DNA from: a virus
IMG/VR virus record: IMGVR_UViG_3300025108_004499
Direction: 5' to 3' (one strand)
DNA: 64,000 nucleotides
Position numbers and translations under genes: made by a program. Under the pieces are notes generated by a model that did not search any database, was not told where the DNA came from, and was given only the letters and a program-made list of their open reading frames with translations. Of this stretch, positions 20,763-29,586 are shown piece by piece (position 1 is the stretch's first letter; every line of letters starts with the position of its first letter).

Positions 20763-21360
20763 TGGCGCAAATATTAGTGTACACCAACAAGTAGCCAAAC
20801 GACTACAACCAAAAACGTGTGTAGAGATCGGAACTTATTATGGTGGCATCACATACAAGTTAAGTAAGATGCTCCCTGATAGTCATTTCTTTGCTGTGCA
20901 AAGTTATCACGATCATAAACTTAATCACATGCCCAATACTGACAGAGGCGAATATAGTATTGGTCAAGCAAGAGAAGATAAAAGTGAAGGGCTTGATAAG
21001 GACCTTAAAGAACAAGATTGGAAGCGTAGTGTTAAGAGACATTTTCCAGAAGAGTATCACGACTATTTTGATTTTAATCTACTAGCAAAAACATTTGAAG
21101 ACTGTAACAATGTAAGTATTATATTAGATACTAGTCCTTTTAAGTATGATTGGAAAATTGGATTTGATCTAGCAATATTTGATGTATCACCGTTGTTAGA
21201 AGAAAACGTAAAACAATTTAATTATTGGTGCAAGTACGGCAATCATCATGCTAACATACTTATGGGTGCATATAATCATCAACAAGAATTTTATGATTAT
21301 GTAGACAAAAGATATAAAGCAGAAAAAATAGGAAATGATTATGTTCTCGTGTGCATATGA
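20746..21360 (+). CDS. Class I SAM methyltransferase-like protein
   Basis: CVEIGTYYGG motif I; FDLAIFD. Confidence 0.55.
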   Translation: MYSMHDGANISVHQQVAKRLQPKTCVEIGTYYGGITYKLSKMLPDSHFFAVQSYHDHKLNHMPNTDRGEYSIGQAREDKSEGLDKDLKEQDWKRSVKRHFPEEYHDYFDFNLLAKTFEDCNNVSIILDTSPFKYDWKIGFDLAIFDVSPLLEENVKQFNYWCKYGNHHANILMGAYNHQQEFYDYVDKRYKAEKIGNDYVLVCI

Positions 21361-22006
21361 ACTTAACATAGACATCACACAAGTACGTGAAGAACTACAA
21401 CATCTAAATAATCCTAAATACAAGTATGCAGGCTACGATGATATGTGCTTTTACGTATCAGACGAAACAGTAAAACAACAAGGTTGTGATGCTGTTGTAA
21501 GTTTCAAAGAAAAATTTAATAACGGTTTTGTAGATGGCATACGTTTTCTTAACATGTATCCAGAACAAAAATATTTGCCCCACGTTGATTCCAATGAACA
21601 AGGATTTCATAAAGACATACCTATGGATGTACAACATCCTGGCAATGTAAATATTTTGTTAAGTAAACCAGTTGGTGATACCACAGTATGGTATATAGAT
21701 CCTGACCTTAGGAAATTATGGCCTTGGGCATTTAGTAACAACGGAGATCTATTTCCTGATAATGTTAATAATTATATTACAAACGAAACCATGGGGCAAG
21801 ATAGATCAACACTTCAACAAGTAGATAAATTTAAACTAACTGACAAAGCAACATTGTTTAATACGTCTGCACATCATACTATAATAAGTGAAGATGTAAA
21901 TGAACCACGCTCTAGTGCATGTTTTATATTTTGGCCATACAATAGTTGGCAAGGTATAGTTGAAGCAGTAAGAGCAAAGGGATTATTGCATGACCGCATG
22001 GAATAA
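21335..22006 (+). CDS. Putative Fe(II)/2OG-type oxygenase
   Basis: LPHVD...LFNTSAHH...PR. Confidence 0.45.
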   Translation: MIMFSCAYELNIDITQVREELQHLNNPKYKYAGYDDMCFYVSDETVKQQGCDAVVSFKEKFNNGFVDGIRFLNMYPEQKYLPHVDSNEQGFHKDIPMDVQHPGNVNILLSKPVGDTTVWYIDPDLRKLWPWAFSNNGDLFPDNVNNYITNETMGQDRSTLQQVDKFKLTDKATLFNTSAHHTIISEDVNEPRSSACFIFWPYNSWQGIVEAVRAKGLLHDRME

Positions 22007-22517
22007 AGAAAAAATCTTTATACATATTCCTAAGACAGGCGGAATAAGTATGACGTCTACAATGGGCAAAGTAAATATTAAACCACATGCACCTATATGT
22101 GATCCAACACTTCCTAAATTACCTAGTTTTACAGTAATAAGAAATCCATATGAACGTGCAGTTAGTTGGTGGAAGTATTCTAAACAATACGGAATTGATG
22201 TTGGATTTTTAGAATATTTGTATGTTTATTTTGACAAGCCATGGCCTAATTGGCGTAAACAATTTGAAGAATATACAACTACAACAGCAGATTTCTTTTT
22301 AGGAGAATTTAAACCTAGTATTCCTATGATGGATTATATAACAATTAATCATAAAATTGCAGTAGATGAAATTATAAGATACGAAGATATGCAAATCCAA
22401 GAACGACAAAATGTGTCTAAGTTCAAAATAAATATTAATGAGGTACTCACACCAGAAGCAAAAAACGTTATAGAACACTATTATCGTGTTGATTTGGAAA
22501 GTTTTGATTATGAATAA
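21990..22517 (+). CDS. Sulfotransferase (Sulfotransfer_2-like)
   Basis: FIHIPKTGGIS (5'-PSB loop) and IRNPYERAVSW (3'-PB motif). Confidence 0.8.
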   Translation: MTAWNKEKIFIHIPKTGGISMTSTMGKVNIKPHAPICDPTLPKLPSFTVIRNPYERAVSWWKYSKQYGIDVGFLEYLYVYFDKPWPNWRKQFEEYTTTTADFFLGEFKPSIPMMDYITINHKIAVDEIIRYEDMQIQERQNVSKFKININEVLTPEAKNVIEHYYRVDLESFDYE

Positions 22518-23133
22518 AAAGCATTTACCTAGTATATACAACTATAATTTAAATATCGACTTAAAAAAATTACAAAACGACTGTGATAAATTAGCAGAAA
22601 AATTTGTTGATGTACGCACAGCAAATCCTATGCTGTGTATGAATCATGAAGATTTAGTTAAGAATGTATACGACAACTTTGAACAGATAAACCTTACTAC
22701 ACCTAGTGAGATTTTACCGCACACAGCCAGCATTAAGGAGCGTCTAAGACGCCGAGAAGAACACCTTTATAATGTTCCTACTGACGATTATCCTGGTAGT
22801 TACTTTGAGCAAGTTATTACACAACTTAAAGCACCTGCAAGCCGTATAAGAATTACAAAACTTGCACCAGGTAAAAACATACCATTTCATGTAGACTATG
22901 ATGTAAGTTATGCAGTACGTTGTATTGTACCTATCTACGGAGATAACCAAGTTATAAATTTATTTAAAAGAGATGGCAAATTAGAAGCATATAATTTAGA
23001 AAATGGAAATGCTTACTTTCTAAATATAGGATATCCACATGCAGTTGTTAACATGAGTAGCAAGCCACGTATTGCTTTAATGTTTAGTTTAGATGGGACA
23101 GACGATATTAGTCATCTTTCCAACGGTTCCTAA
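22510..23133 (+). CDS. Aspartyl/asparaginyl beta-hydroxylase-like oxygenase
   Basis: RITKLAPG..IPFHVD...GYPHAVVN...RIALM. Confidence 0.7.
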   Translation: MNKKHLPSIYNYNLNIDLKKLQNDCDKLAEKFVDVRTANPMLCMNHEDLVKNVYDNFEQINLTTPSEILPHTASIKERLRRREEHLYNVPTDDYPGSYFEQVITQLKAPASRIRITKLAPGKNIPFHVDYDVSYAVRCIVPIYGDNQVINLFKRDGKLEAYNLENGNAYFLNIGYPHAVVNMSSKPRIALMFSLDGTDDISHLSNGS

Positions 23134-23626
23134 CTTCAGATGTTATAAATGGCCAACCACTAAGATTAAGTCTTTGGCCACTACATGGTTCGACCCAGTG
23201 ATCAAATCCTGTACGCATTATTACAAGCCTATTACGCTTTGGAAGTATACGCATATCTTCTGTACATAATTCGCCATCAGTCTCATCTGTAAGATAAAGC
23301 ATCCATACCCAGTCTCCATAAACTTCTGGATCTTCTTTGTGCTTGCCTATGTGACTGCTAGGGGTAAACTTTTTGGCAAACAGTTGCATAGGTTCTAGAT
23401 CCTGTGTAGGTATACTTGTGCCAATGTGTTCGCCTATTTCGCTCAACAACATTAGTCTATGGGGACTAGTTCTAATGTTATTTTTTATCATTTGCCATTC
23501 GTATTCTGTATATTCGCCTACATGTGACCCTGTTTCACTGTCTAGTTGTAACAGTTCTCCTTTGCAAAGTTCATCTAGTTCTTGTAGATAATCCTCTTCA
23601 AAAATATCGTCAACTACTATAACCAT
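23108..23626 (-). CDS. Fe(II)/2OG oxygenase (prolyl-hydroxylase-like)
   Basis: HKED...WMLYL...PKRNRLV...HWVEP...R. Start moved to MVIVVDD. Confidence 0.7.
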   Translation of the reverse strand: MVIVVDDIFEEDYLQELDELCKGELLQLDSETGSHVGEYTEYEWQMIKNNIRTSPHRLMLLSEIGEHIGTSIPTQDLEPMQLFAKKFTPSSHIGKHKEDPEVYGDWVWMLYLTDETDGELCTEDMRILPKRNRLVIMRTGFDHWVEPCSGQRLNLSGWPFITSEVRNRWKDD

Positions 23627-24347
23627 TTTCTTCCGCCCATTCTTTCCAAGTTGTGTTAGTATCCTCAATCCATTGATTGTTATGTTGTTTCCCTACACTA
23701 TGAGGACCATTTATACTAGCCACGGCATGCAGTCTTACACTACGACAAGGAACTACAGCATGAGCTTTGCTTGTATTCAAAATAAAAGACTCTCCAGGCT
23801 TACAAAATACAGGACCGTCAGCAGTTTCTATGCTACTTGTAATTCCTTCACCGTCATTTAATAAAACATGATGATATCTAAATCCTGTATCACCGTCAGT
23901 GTGCCAAATAAATCTGCAATCGTGTTCCATATAGCTAAACCAAAAATTGCTACGCAAATTAGGAATAACTGCGTCGATTTCATTACAATGTTTTTTTCCT
24001 AATTCTTTAAAGTCTTTATGAACAAAACAATAAATGTTTAAATGCTGATCCGGTTCTATTCTAGCATTTTCATGTCTTAGTTTAACATAATACAAAACTC
24101 CTGAATCATAGTGATATTCATCCACATAATCTAACCAGTTCTCTTCATCCTTCATATCAAATCCTCTAAGTCCGTTGTATATGTCACGTTTATCCATAAG
24201 TTTTTCTGACCGACGCATATACACATTAAGATAAGTTTGATCACCAAAATTAAGATCTGGCCAAATTTCTTCAGTCATATCATAAAATAACTTTGTAAGT
24301 TCTTTAGTGTTGTTTACAGTGTCACAAAGAACAAATGCTTCTTTCAT
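23610..24347 (-). CDS. Putative Fe(II)/2OG oxygenase
   Basis: WHTD...RYH...LNTSKAHAV...RLH. Confidence 0.55.
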   Translation of the reverse strand: MKEAFVLCDTVNNTKELTKLFYDMTEEIWPDLNFGDQTYLNVYMRRSEKLMDKRDIYNGLRGFDMKDEENWLDYVDEYHYDSGVLYYVKLRHENARIEPDQHLNIYCFVHKDFKELGKKHCNEIDAVIPNLRSNFWFSYMEHDCRFIWHTDGDTGFRYHHVLLNDGEGITSSIETADGPVFCKPGESFILNTSKAHAVVPCRSVRLHAVASINGPHSVGKQHNNQWIEDTNTTWKEWAEENGYSS

Positions 24348-24805
24348 ATGTTGATCAAACATTCTACTAACTCCTCTATCGGTTGCTCAAAGCAAATTTG
24401 AAAATTATATCTAGGGTATTCATTATTATTAATATAGTGAGGTAACTGTGTGTTAAACAATATAGGTTTTTCATGTGTAACAGTTGGACCGTCTATAAAA
24501 TGGCAAGGTGCATAATCTTTATGCCAAAACAATGGAACAATTAATACAGTGTTCCTCTTCCATTTAGTATTATCTACATGTGCAACTACCTTTGCATTTG
24601 CAGGTTGATGTACAAACATTGTATAACAATTATAGTTAAATCTTTTAAAATAAGGTAAATCTAGGTCCCAACACAAGTTACCATCTTTTTTACCGCTTAT
24701 GGTATCGTAACCAAGAAAATTTGCTTCAGGACTCTTACATAAATTTTCTAAAAAATTTACATCTTCTGAAGAAATAAGATCTGTTGTTTCATAAAACGGA
24801 ATCAT
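24344..24805 (-). CDS. Putative Fe(II)/2OG oxygenase
   Basis: AHVD...LFNTQLPH...RYNFQ. Start at MIPFYE (ATGA overlap). Confidence 0.55.
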   Translation of the reverse strand: MIPFYETTDLISSEDVNFLENLCKSPEANFLGYDTISGKKDGNLCWDLDLPYFKRFNYNCYTMFVHQPANAKVVAHVDNTKWKRNTVLIVPLFWHKDYAPCHFIDGPTVTHEKPILFNTQLPHYINNNEYPRYNFQICFEQPIEELVECLINI

Positions 24806-25467
24806 GTATATATTTGTCTTTTCATTTCTATTATTGCATCCATACACATCTCTATATTCATTACAAGCCATATACTGTCGCTAGAGCCCGGATTAAATAA
24901 CGAGTGCGTTTTTAAAGTATTTAAGAAATAAATTCCACCTTCTATCCAATTAAGTACATTGTGATTTTTATAGTCGCCATGCATCCAATAAAAATTTGGA
25001 GGGTTTACATTTTTTATAGGTACAACTAATCTAAACGTTTCGGGAGACCGGCTCATTGCTTCATCAACATGAGGAGGAAAGTATCCACCAGGTGGAATTT
25101 TAATAAACTGTGTTCTTCCTAAAAAGTTCTTCCAAGGAGTTAATATTCTTTGTAATTCCTGACTTGAATTATATAAAGGTGTAGGAATTTTAAAATCTAA
25201 TTCGCTATATAGTGTCACCTTCGACTTTAAAGCCTCTTCCTTCTGTTGGTCAGATTTTCTTAAACTGCCTTTACTTTGATTAAATTTTCCGTCTAACGAT
25301 GTAACTGCTAAAGAATATCTTGGAATATGAGGTTTATTAGGATTATATTGAACCCATTCTGTATTATATTGTTCTATACTGGTTAGTATTTGTTTTGTAC
25401 TAACTGAAGTTGTTAATTTAACAAAGTCACCGTTACTGATTAATGCACTAAATATTTCCCAACTCAT
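24802..25467 (-). CDS. Aspartyl/asparaginyl beta-hydroxylase-like oxygenase
   Basis: GGYFPPHVD...YFLNTLKTHSLFN; paralogue of 16286..17041. Confidence 0.6.
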   Translation of the reverse strand: MSWEIFSALISNGDFVKLTTSVSTKQILTSIEQYNTEWVQYNPNKPHIPRYSLAVTSLDGKFNQSKGSLRKSDQQKEEALKSKVTLYSELDFKIPTPLYNSSQELQRILTPWKNFLGRTQFIKIPPGGYFPPHVDEAMSRSPETFRLVVPIKNVNPPNFYWMHGDYKNHNVLNWIEGGIYFLNTLKTHSLFNPGSSDSIWLVMNIEMCMDAIIEMKRQIYT

Positions 25468-25915
25468 TTGTTACCTCCTTTACTGCATCTTGTATAGTTA
25501 TATCTGTTTCTAATTCTGGGTTATTGTCTAATATAGGATTTTCTTTTGTAAATCCCCATGTAAGATAAGGTTGCTTAAATTTTTTACTCATATGTTCTAG
25601 TGTAATTTTATTGTCCTTTTTTATAATGTCCCAATGATCTGTAACTTTTGCTTCTGTGATTTTACTACCAATGTTTATACATTTAATTTTGTTACGATAC
25701 GCTCTTATACTAATATTAACTTGAGCATTTCCAATATCTGCACAATTTATCATACAATCCAGCTTATCTTCAAATATTTTCTCCACATCAAAATTTAAGT
25801 CATATCCTGTTGCTCTACTATAACCTTTAATACTGTGTCCTAGCTCTTTGCACTCATTAGCAATATGTTTGCCAAAGCCGCTTGTATGACCAGTTATGCC
25901 AATCGTAAGACCCAT
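25448..25915 (-). CDS. Short NAD(P)-binding Rossmann (SDR-like) protein
   Basis: IGITGHTSGFG, MINCA and INIGS. Start at MGLTIG after GGAGGA. Confidence 0.55.
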   Translation of the reverse strand: MGLTIGITGHTSGFGKHIANECKELGHSIKGYSRATGYDLNFDVEKIFEDKLDCMINCADIGNAQVNISIRAYRNKIKCINIGSKITEAKVTDHWDIIKKDNKITLEHMSKKFKQPYLTWGFTKENPILDNNPELETDITIQDAVKEVTNELGNI

Positions 25916-26349
25916 TGCAGTCCTCCTAAAGGAATTTCTTCTTGGGTAATTTTCCAATTATAAAAACTATGTTCTTGAAACCATTCAAGCAGTTTAGGAT
26001 TTTCTTCCCTGCTTACCCATATATCTTTATAGCCCATATCAAGTGCCATCTTTGTACTAAAACCTAATGTAGCATTTCCTCTTTGCAGATCATCTTTCAT
26101 TGTACCCCAATCATAATTTCGATCACGAGTATGACGGCTCATAATTCTAATGCCGCCGTTGTATTCTGGTCTTGCAATACCAGCACTATAATAAATTAAA
26201 TGAGGATCCCAACCCATGCGGGCAAACTTTGTATGTTCAAACAAAGGCCACTTGCTATAGTTATCTGCATGTTTGTGTCCTTGTGTTTTTTCAAACAGTT
26301 CTTTAATGTCCTCTATGTGAGGTTCAATCTCTTCTAAACGCCATTTCAT
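25894..26349 (-). CDS. Hypothetical protein (possible GNAT-like fold)
   Basis: 151 aa; the RIMSR...ALDMGYKDIWVSR pattern loosely resembles GNAT. Confidence 0.4.
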   Translation of the reverse strand: MKWRLEEIEPHIEDIKELFEKTQGHKHADNYSKWPLFEHTKFARMGWDPHLIYYSAGIARPEYNGGIRIMSRHTRDRNYDWGTMKDDLQRGNATLGFSTKMALDMGYKDIWVSREENPKLLEWFQEHSFYNWKITQEEIPLGGLQWVLRLA

Positions 26350-26905
26350 GATGATCTTTATGGTTTCCTTCGAACGGTGCGATTAAATTTACCCAAATAT
26401 TATTAATCGGTCCTTTACTGTCATGCCCCCAAAAGTTCAATGCGCCAAAGCCGAAGTAGGCTAGTGCGTAAATTATTGCTAATACTACAAGTGCGTTGAA
26501 TCCAAATACCAGTGTTAGTAGTATTGCGTTTGTAATGTAAATTAAATTTCTATGTTTATGAAAGAAAACTACTCTAGGATTTGTAATTATATCCTTTAAG
26601 AATTTACGTGGTATTCTTTCTACTCTCCATAGACTAAACAATATTGAATACCAAGGTTGATATTTTGCACTATGCGGATCTTTTGGTGTATCTGCATATA
26701 CATGGTGCATACGATGTACACCTACCCAACCTAGCGGACTTCTGTTACCACAAAGCAATCCGCAGTATAGCATTACTATTTCTTGCCAAGGCTTTGCAGA
26801 AAATTCATTGTGAGAAAAATATCTGTGATATCCATACGTAATGCCAATAGTGACAATTAGCATATAGGCTAGATAAGAGAATAGAATAATATATAGTATT
26901 TGCAT
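26324..26905 (-). CDS. Membrane fatty-acid (delta-9-like) desaturase
   Basis: Three His boxes (HRYFSH, HRMHH, EGNHKDHH), DPHS and hydrophobic TM segments. Confidence 0.85.
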   Translation of the reverse strand: MQILYIILFSYLAYMLIVTIGITYGYHRYFSHNEFSAKPWQEIVMLYCGLLCGNRSPLGWVGVHRMHHVYADTPKDPHSAKYQPWYSILFSLWRVERIPRKFLKDIITNPRVVFFHKHRNLIYITNAILLTLVFGFNALVVLAIIYALAYFGFGALNFWGHDSKGPINNIWVNLIAPFEGNHKDHHEMAFRRD

Positions 26906-26938
26906 ACTAATACTTATCTTTATTGCATTGGGGAGTTA

Positions 26939-27964
26939 TTAAATAAGGTTAGCCCAAGAACCGTTTTCATAGCCTTGGAATTTATTATCTGAAGTATTAT
27001 AGATAACCATACCATTTGCGGCTGTAAGTGCATCACGTTGTGTAGTTGTTAATGAACCAAATTGTACAAAGCCAGTTGCTTTAGCATTACCTAAAACTTC
27101 TAATGCTTCAGTTGGCTCAGAAAAGTCTGAGTTTGCAGGTTCAATTTTTACTTTTAATCCACCAAATACCTGATGAGAATTATAAAGTGATACGCCAGTC
27201 AATCCAGTATCATTATGACTCATGTAAGTATTATTAACACGAGTTTGCATAACAAATTTTTGTTGTCCGTCGACTCTAGTAACTAATGTGCTTGCAGGAT
27301 CTGATCCTGGAGGTGCACCTACTCCCTGAGTGTCAAAGCCAAATTCAAGTCTTGCTGTTGTACCAATATTGCCTGTTCCGTTAACAAACAGTCCGCTTGT
27401 ACCTACAGTTACTTTATCTGTATCTACGTTACCTGTAATTTTGCTGTTATTACTATCAATCAATACAGTTGAATCGTCTGCAAAAACAGAGCCTACCATA
27501 TCACCTACAACTGAACCAAAGTGTGTACCTGTTGTATTACCAACTACGTTACCTGTTACAGACCCAGTTACATCTCCTGTTAAGTTACCAACTACGTTAG
27601 TTGCTGTTACTGAACTAGATACTACTGGTCCTACAATTTTTCCGTTTATAGCATCAACTAGGAGCGTTGAGTCATCACCATAAATGTTACCACGTATATC
27701 AATTTGTGGATTGTCAGTTGCGGCCCATTGTGTGCCGTTGTATACAAGGATTTGATCGTTCTGTGCGGCTAACGCTTGTACGTTACCTAAATCTTCTAAA
27801 TTCTGTGTTGATACAGATACTGGAGTACCACCTGTTGTGGCTCCGTCTCCAACAAATACTTCTTTGCTGTCTGTTGTGTAAACAAGTTCACCTTCAGCTG
27901 GTACATAACCTGGACTGGTTTGTAGTGCTGTTTTAGTGCCTCGTTTGATTCGTAAAGTACCCAT
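26939..27964 (-). CDS. Tail fibre / virion appendage protein
   Basis: N-terminal LRIKRGT...GELVYTTD...VGDG module, GxVTG repeats and C-terminal NGMVIYNT..KFQGY..W. Exact TATAAATA upstream. Confidence 0.7.
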   Translation of the reverse strand: MGTLRIKRGTKTALQTSPGYVPAEGELVYTTDSKEVFVGDGATTGGTPVSVSTQNLEDLGNVQALAAQNDQILVYNGTQWAATDNPQIDIRGNIYGDDSTLLVDAINGKIVGPVVSSSVTATNVVGNLTGDVTGSVTGNVVGNTTGTHFGSVVGDMVGSVFADDSTVLIDSNNSKITGNVDTDKVTVGTSGLFVNGTGNIGTTARLEFGFDTQGVGAPPGSDPASTLVTRVDGQQKFVMQTRVNNTYMSHNDTGLTGVSLYNSHQVFGGLKVKIEPANSDFSEPTEALEVLGNAKATGFVQFGSLTTTQRDALTAANGMVIYNTSDNKFQGYENGSWANLI

Positions 27965-27991
27965 GTAATGCTCCTAATTCATTGTTACATG

Positions 27992-27999
27992 TATTTATA
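27992..27999 (-). promoter_or_regulatory. T4-type late promoter
   Basis: Exact TATAAATA upstream of the tail fibre gene. Confidence 0.65.
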
Positions 28000-28016
28000 T
28001 CAAAACTACGATATCT

Positions 28017-28331
28017 CTACTTTTTCTTTTTAGTAGGATTCTTTAAAAATGCTCTAGTTTGCTTTTGAACATCGCGTTTTACCTTTGTTGTATTTAATCT
28101 AAAGTCAACATGCACAATTTCATCGCCGTATTCGTTAAACAAATCGGCGATAGTATCGTCTAAATTTGCGCCTGTACTACGTTTAGCATTACAATCAATC
28201 TCCCAAATTTTACCTTCTTTAAATTCAATGCGTATTGAATGCAGGTAGTCAATAGGTATAGTCTGTATATCTATATCTCTAAAAACTTCGGGCCAATGTT
28301 TGATTACATCATCAGGTAGCGGCTTTGGCAC
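28017..28331 (-). CDS. Hypothetical protein
   Basis: Probable GTG start (VPKPLPDDVIKHWPEVF). Confidence 0.5.
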   Translation of the reverse strand: MPKPLPDDVIKHWPEVFRDIDIQTIPIDYLHSIRIEFKEGKIWEIDCNAKRSTGANLDDTIADLFNEYGDEIVHVDFRLNTTKVKRDVQKQTRAFLKNPTKKKK

Positions 28332-28971
28332 TTTTGGTCTTCTTTGTAGTAGGAACAAGCTCTTCTGCTTGTGCTCTAAGCGCCTTTGCTTCTTTATATA
28401 ATCTATCCGCATCTGAACGATATTTTGCGGCTAGGTCTGCATCAGTTAGTACACCATCATTAGGTGCCTGTAACTTAGCAGTTTGTGACTCAGCTACCAC
28501 TGCTGAATTTGCTGTTTTTGGCATTTCGTTAACGCTACCAGCTTCAGTAATTGTTGTACCTTCTGGAAGTTCGTTAGGATCTTTCATTGCCAAGTCAGCA
28601 ATAGTAACACCCCTTTGATCTGCAATAATCTTGTTAAGTTCATCTAGACCAATTACAGTTGCAGTGTTTGGTGTCATTTCAATTTCACTCATAGGTAATG
28701 ATTGTAATTTACCTGTGCTGTGAAATCTTGCTAACATATTAGCACCGTCACTTAATTGTGTTCTTGCCATTACTTCTGCAAACTCAAATGCTGTTTGAGA
28801 TGAGTTACTTTCAACTGTCTTAATTAAGACATCGTGATCTTCATCTCTAAGTGTAGCAGTATCAATTACTAAAGCATTTGCAGGAGGATTTTCTCCTGGA
28901 ATAACTCTGTATGCTACTACAACTTTACGATTGTTTGTCTTAAGTCTGCCTACGTGTTTAATTTCGGCCAT
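28312..28971 (-). CDS. Hypothetical protein
   Basis: 219-aa ORF with GGAG SD and C-terminal coiled coil. Confidence 0.6.
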   Translation of the reverse strand: MAEIKHVGRLKTNNRKVVVAYRVIPGENPPANALVIDTATLRDEDHDVLIKTVESNSSQTAFEFAEVMARTQLSDGANMLARFHSTGKLQSLPMSEIEMTPNTATVIGLDELNKIIADQRGVTIADLAMKDPNELPEGTTITEAGSVNEMPKTANSAVVAESQTAKLQAPNDGVLTDADLAAKYRSDADRLYKEAKALRAQAEELVPTTKKTKSAKAAT

Positions 28972-29264
28972 TATGCGTCTCCTTTAGGTGCTTCCGCTGG
29001 AGCAGTTCCTTCTTTGCCTGCTTTCGCTTCGTCTTCGGCTTTTTGAACTGTTTGTAGGAATGCATCTAATTTATTAAATGTTTTTCCAACTGCTTCCATT
29101 TCGTTAGCTTTAAATGCGCCTCTTTGTGATGCGACATCAATGATTGATCTTAGTACTCCAAGATCTTGTACAGTAAGTTCAACTGGTGCTGTTGACACAC
29201 CTGCTTGTGGTGCTTCACCTGCGGGTGCCGCTTGAGCTTCTGCTGTTTTTGTTTCTTCAGACAT
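28971..29264 (-). CDS. Hypothetical protein
   Basis: 97 aa; AAGGAG SD. Confidence 0.6.
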   Translation of the reverse strand: MSEETKTAEAQAAPAGEAPQAGVSTAPVELTVQDLGVLRSIIDVASQRGAFKANEMEAVGKTFNKLDAFLQTVQKAEDEAKAGKEGTAPAEAPKGDA

Positions 29265-29304
29265 ATTATTTACTCCTTGTATGTATTATATATGCACTTA
29301 ATAT

Positions 29305-29586
29305 TTATTTGTACTTTAAAAGTGGACATGCTAAAACGAAATATGAAAGTTCTTTTGGATCCTCAAATCCTGCTCTAAGAACAGTTTCAATTTTATTCTC
29401 TTTAGTTAATCCTACTACCTTTTTTAGAAAGTATCTCTTTTTTAGATTAGAATTAATCCATTTAGAAATAGCAGTTTCAATGTTATAGGTATGTGGTAAG
29501 TCTATTGTAGCAAGATGTGAAGGCTCATAAGATAGCCTTCTTATCTCAAAAAAGTCTTGAGCTGTAACCTTATTTTTAACGATCAA
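29305..29586 (-). CDS. Hypothetical protein
   Basis: 93 aa; overlaps the stop of the VWA gene. Confidence 0.5.
   Translation of the reverse strand: MIVKNKVTAQDFFEIRRLSYEPSHLATIDLPHTYNIETAISKWINSNLKKRYFLKKVVGLTKENKIETVLRAGFEDPKELSYFVLACPLLKYK

Noticed and set aside
27470-27700. DNA tandem repeat in the fibre gene
   Set aside because: Only degenerate protein-level repeats (GxVTG; GxxxxDDSTxLxD) typical of fibres; not a separate repeat element.
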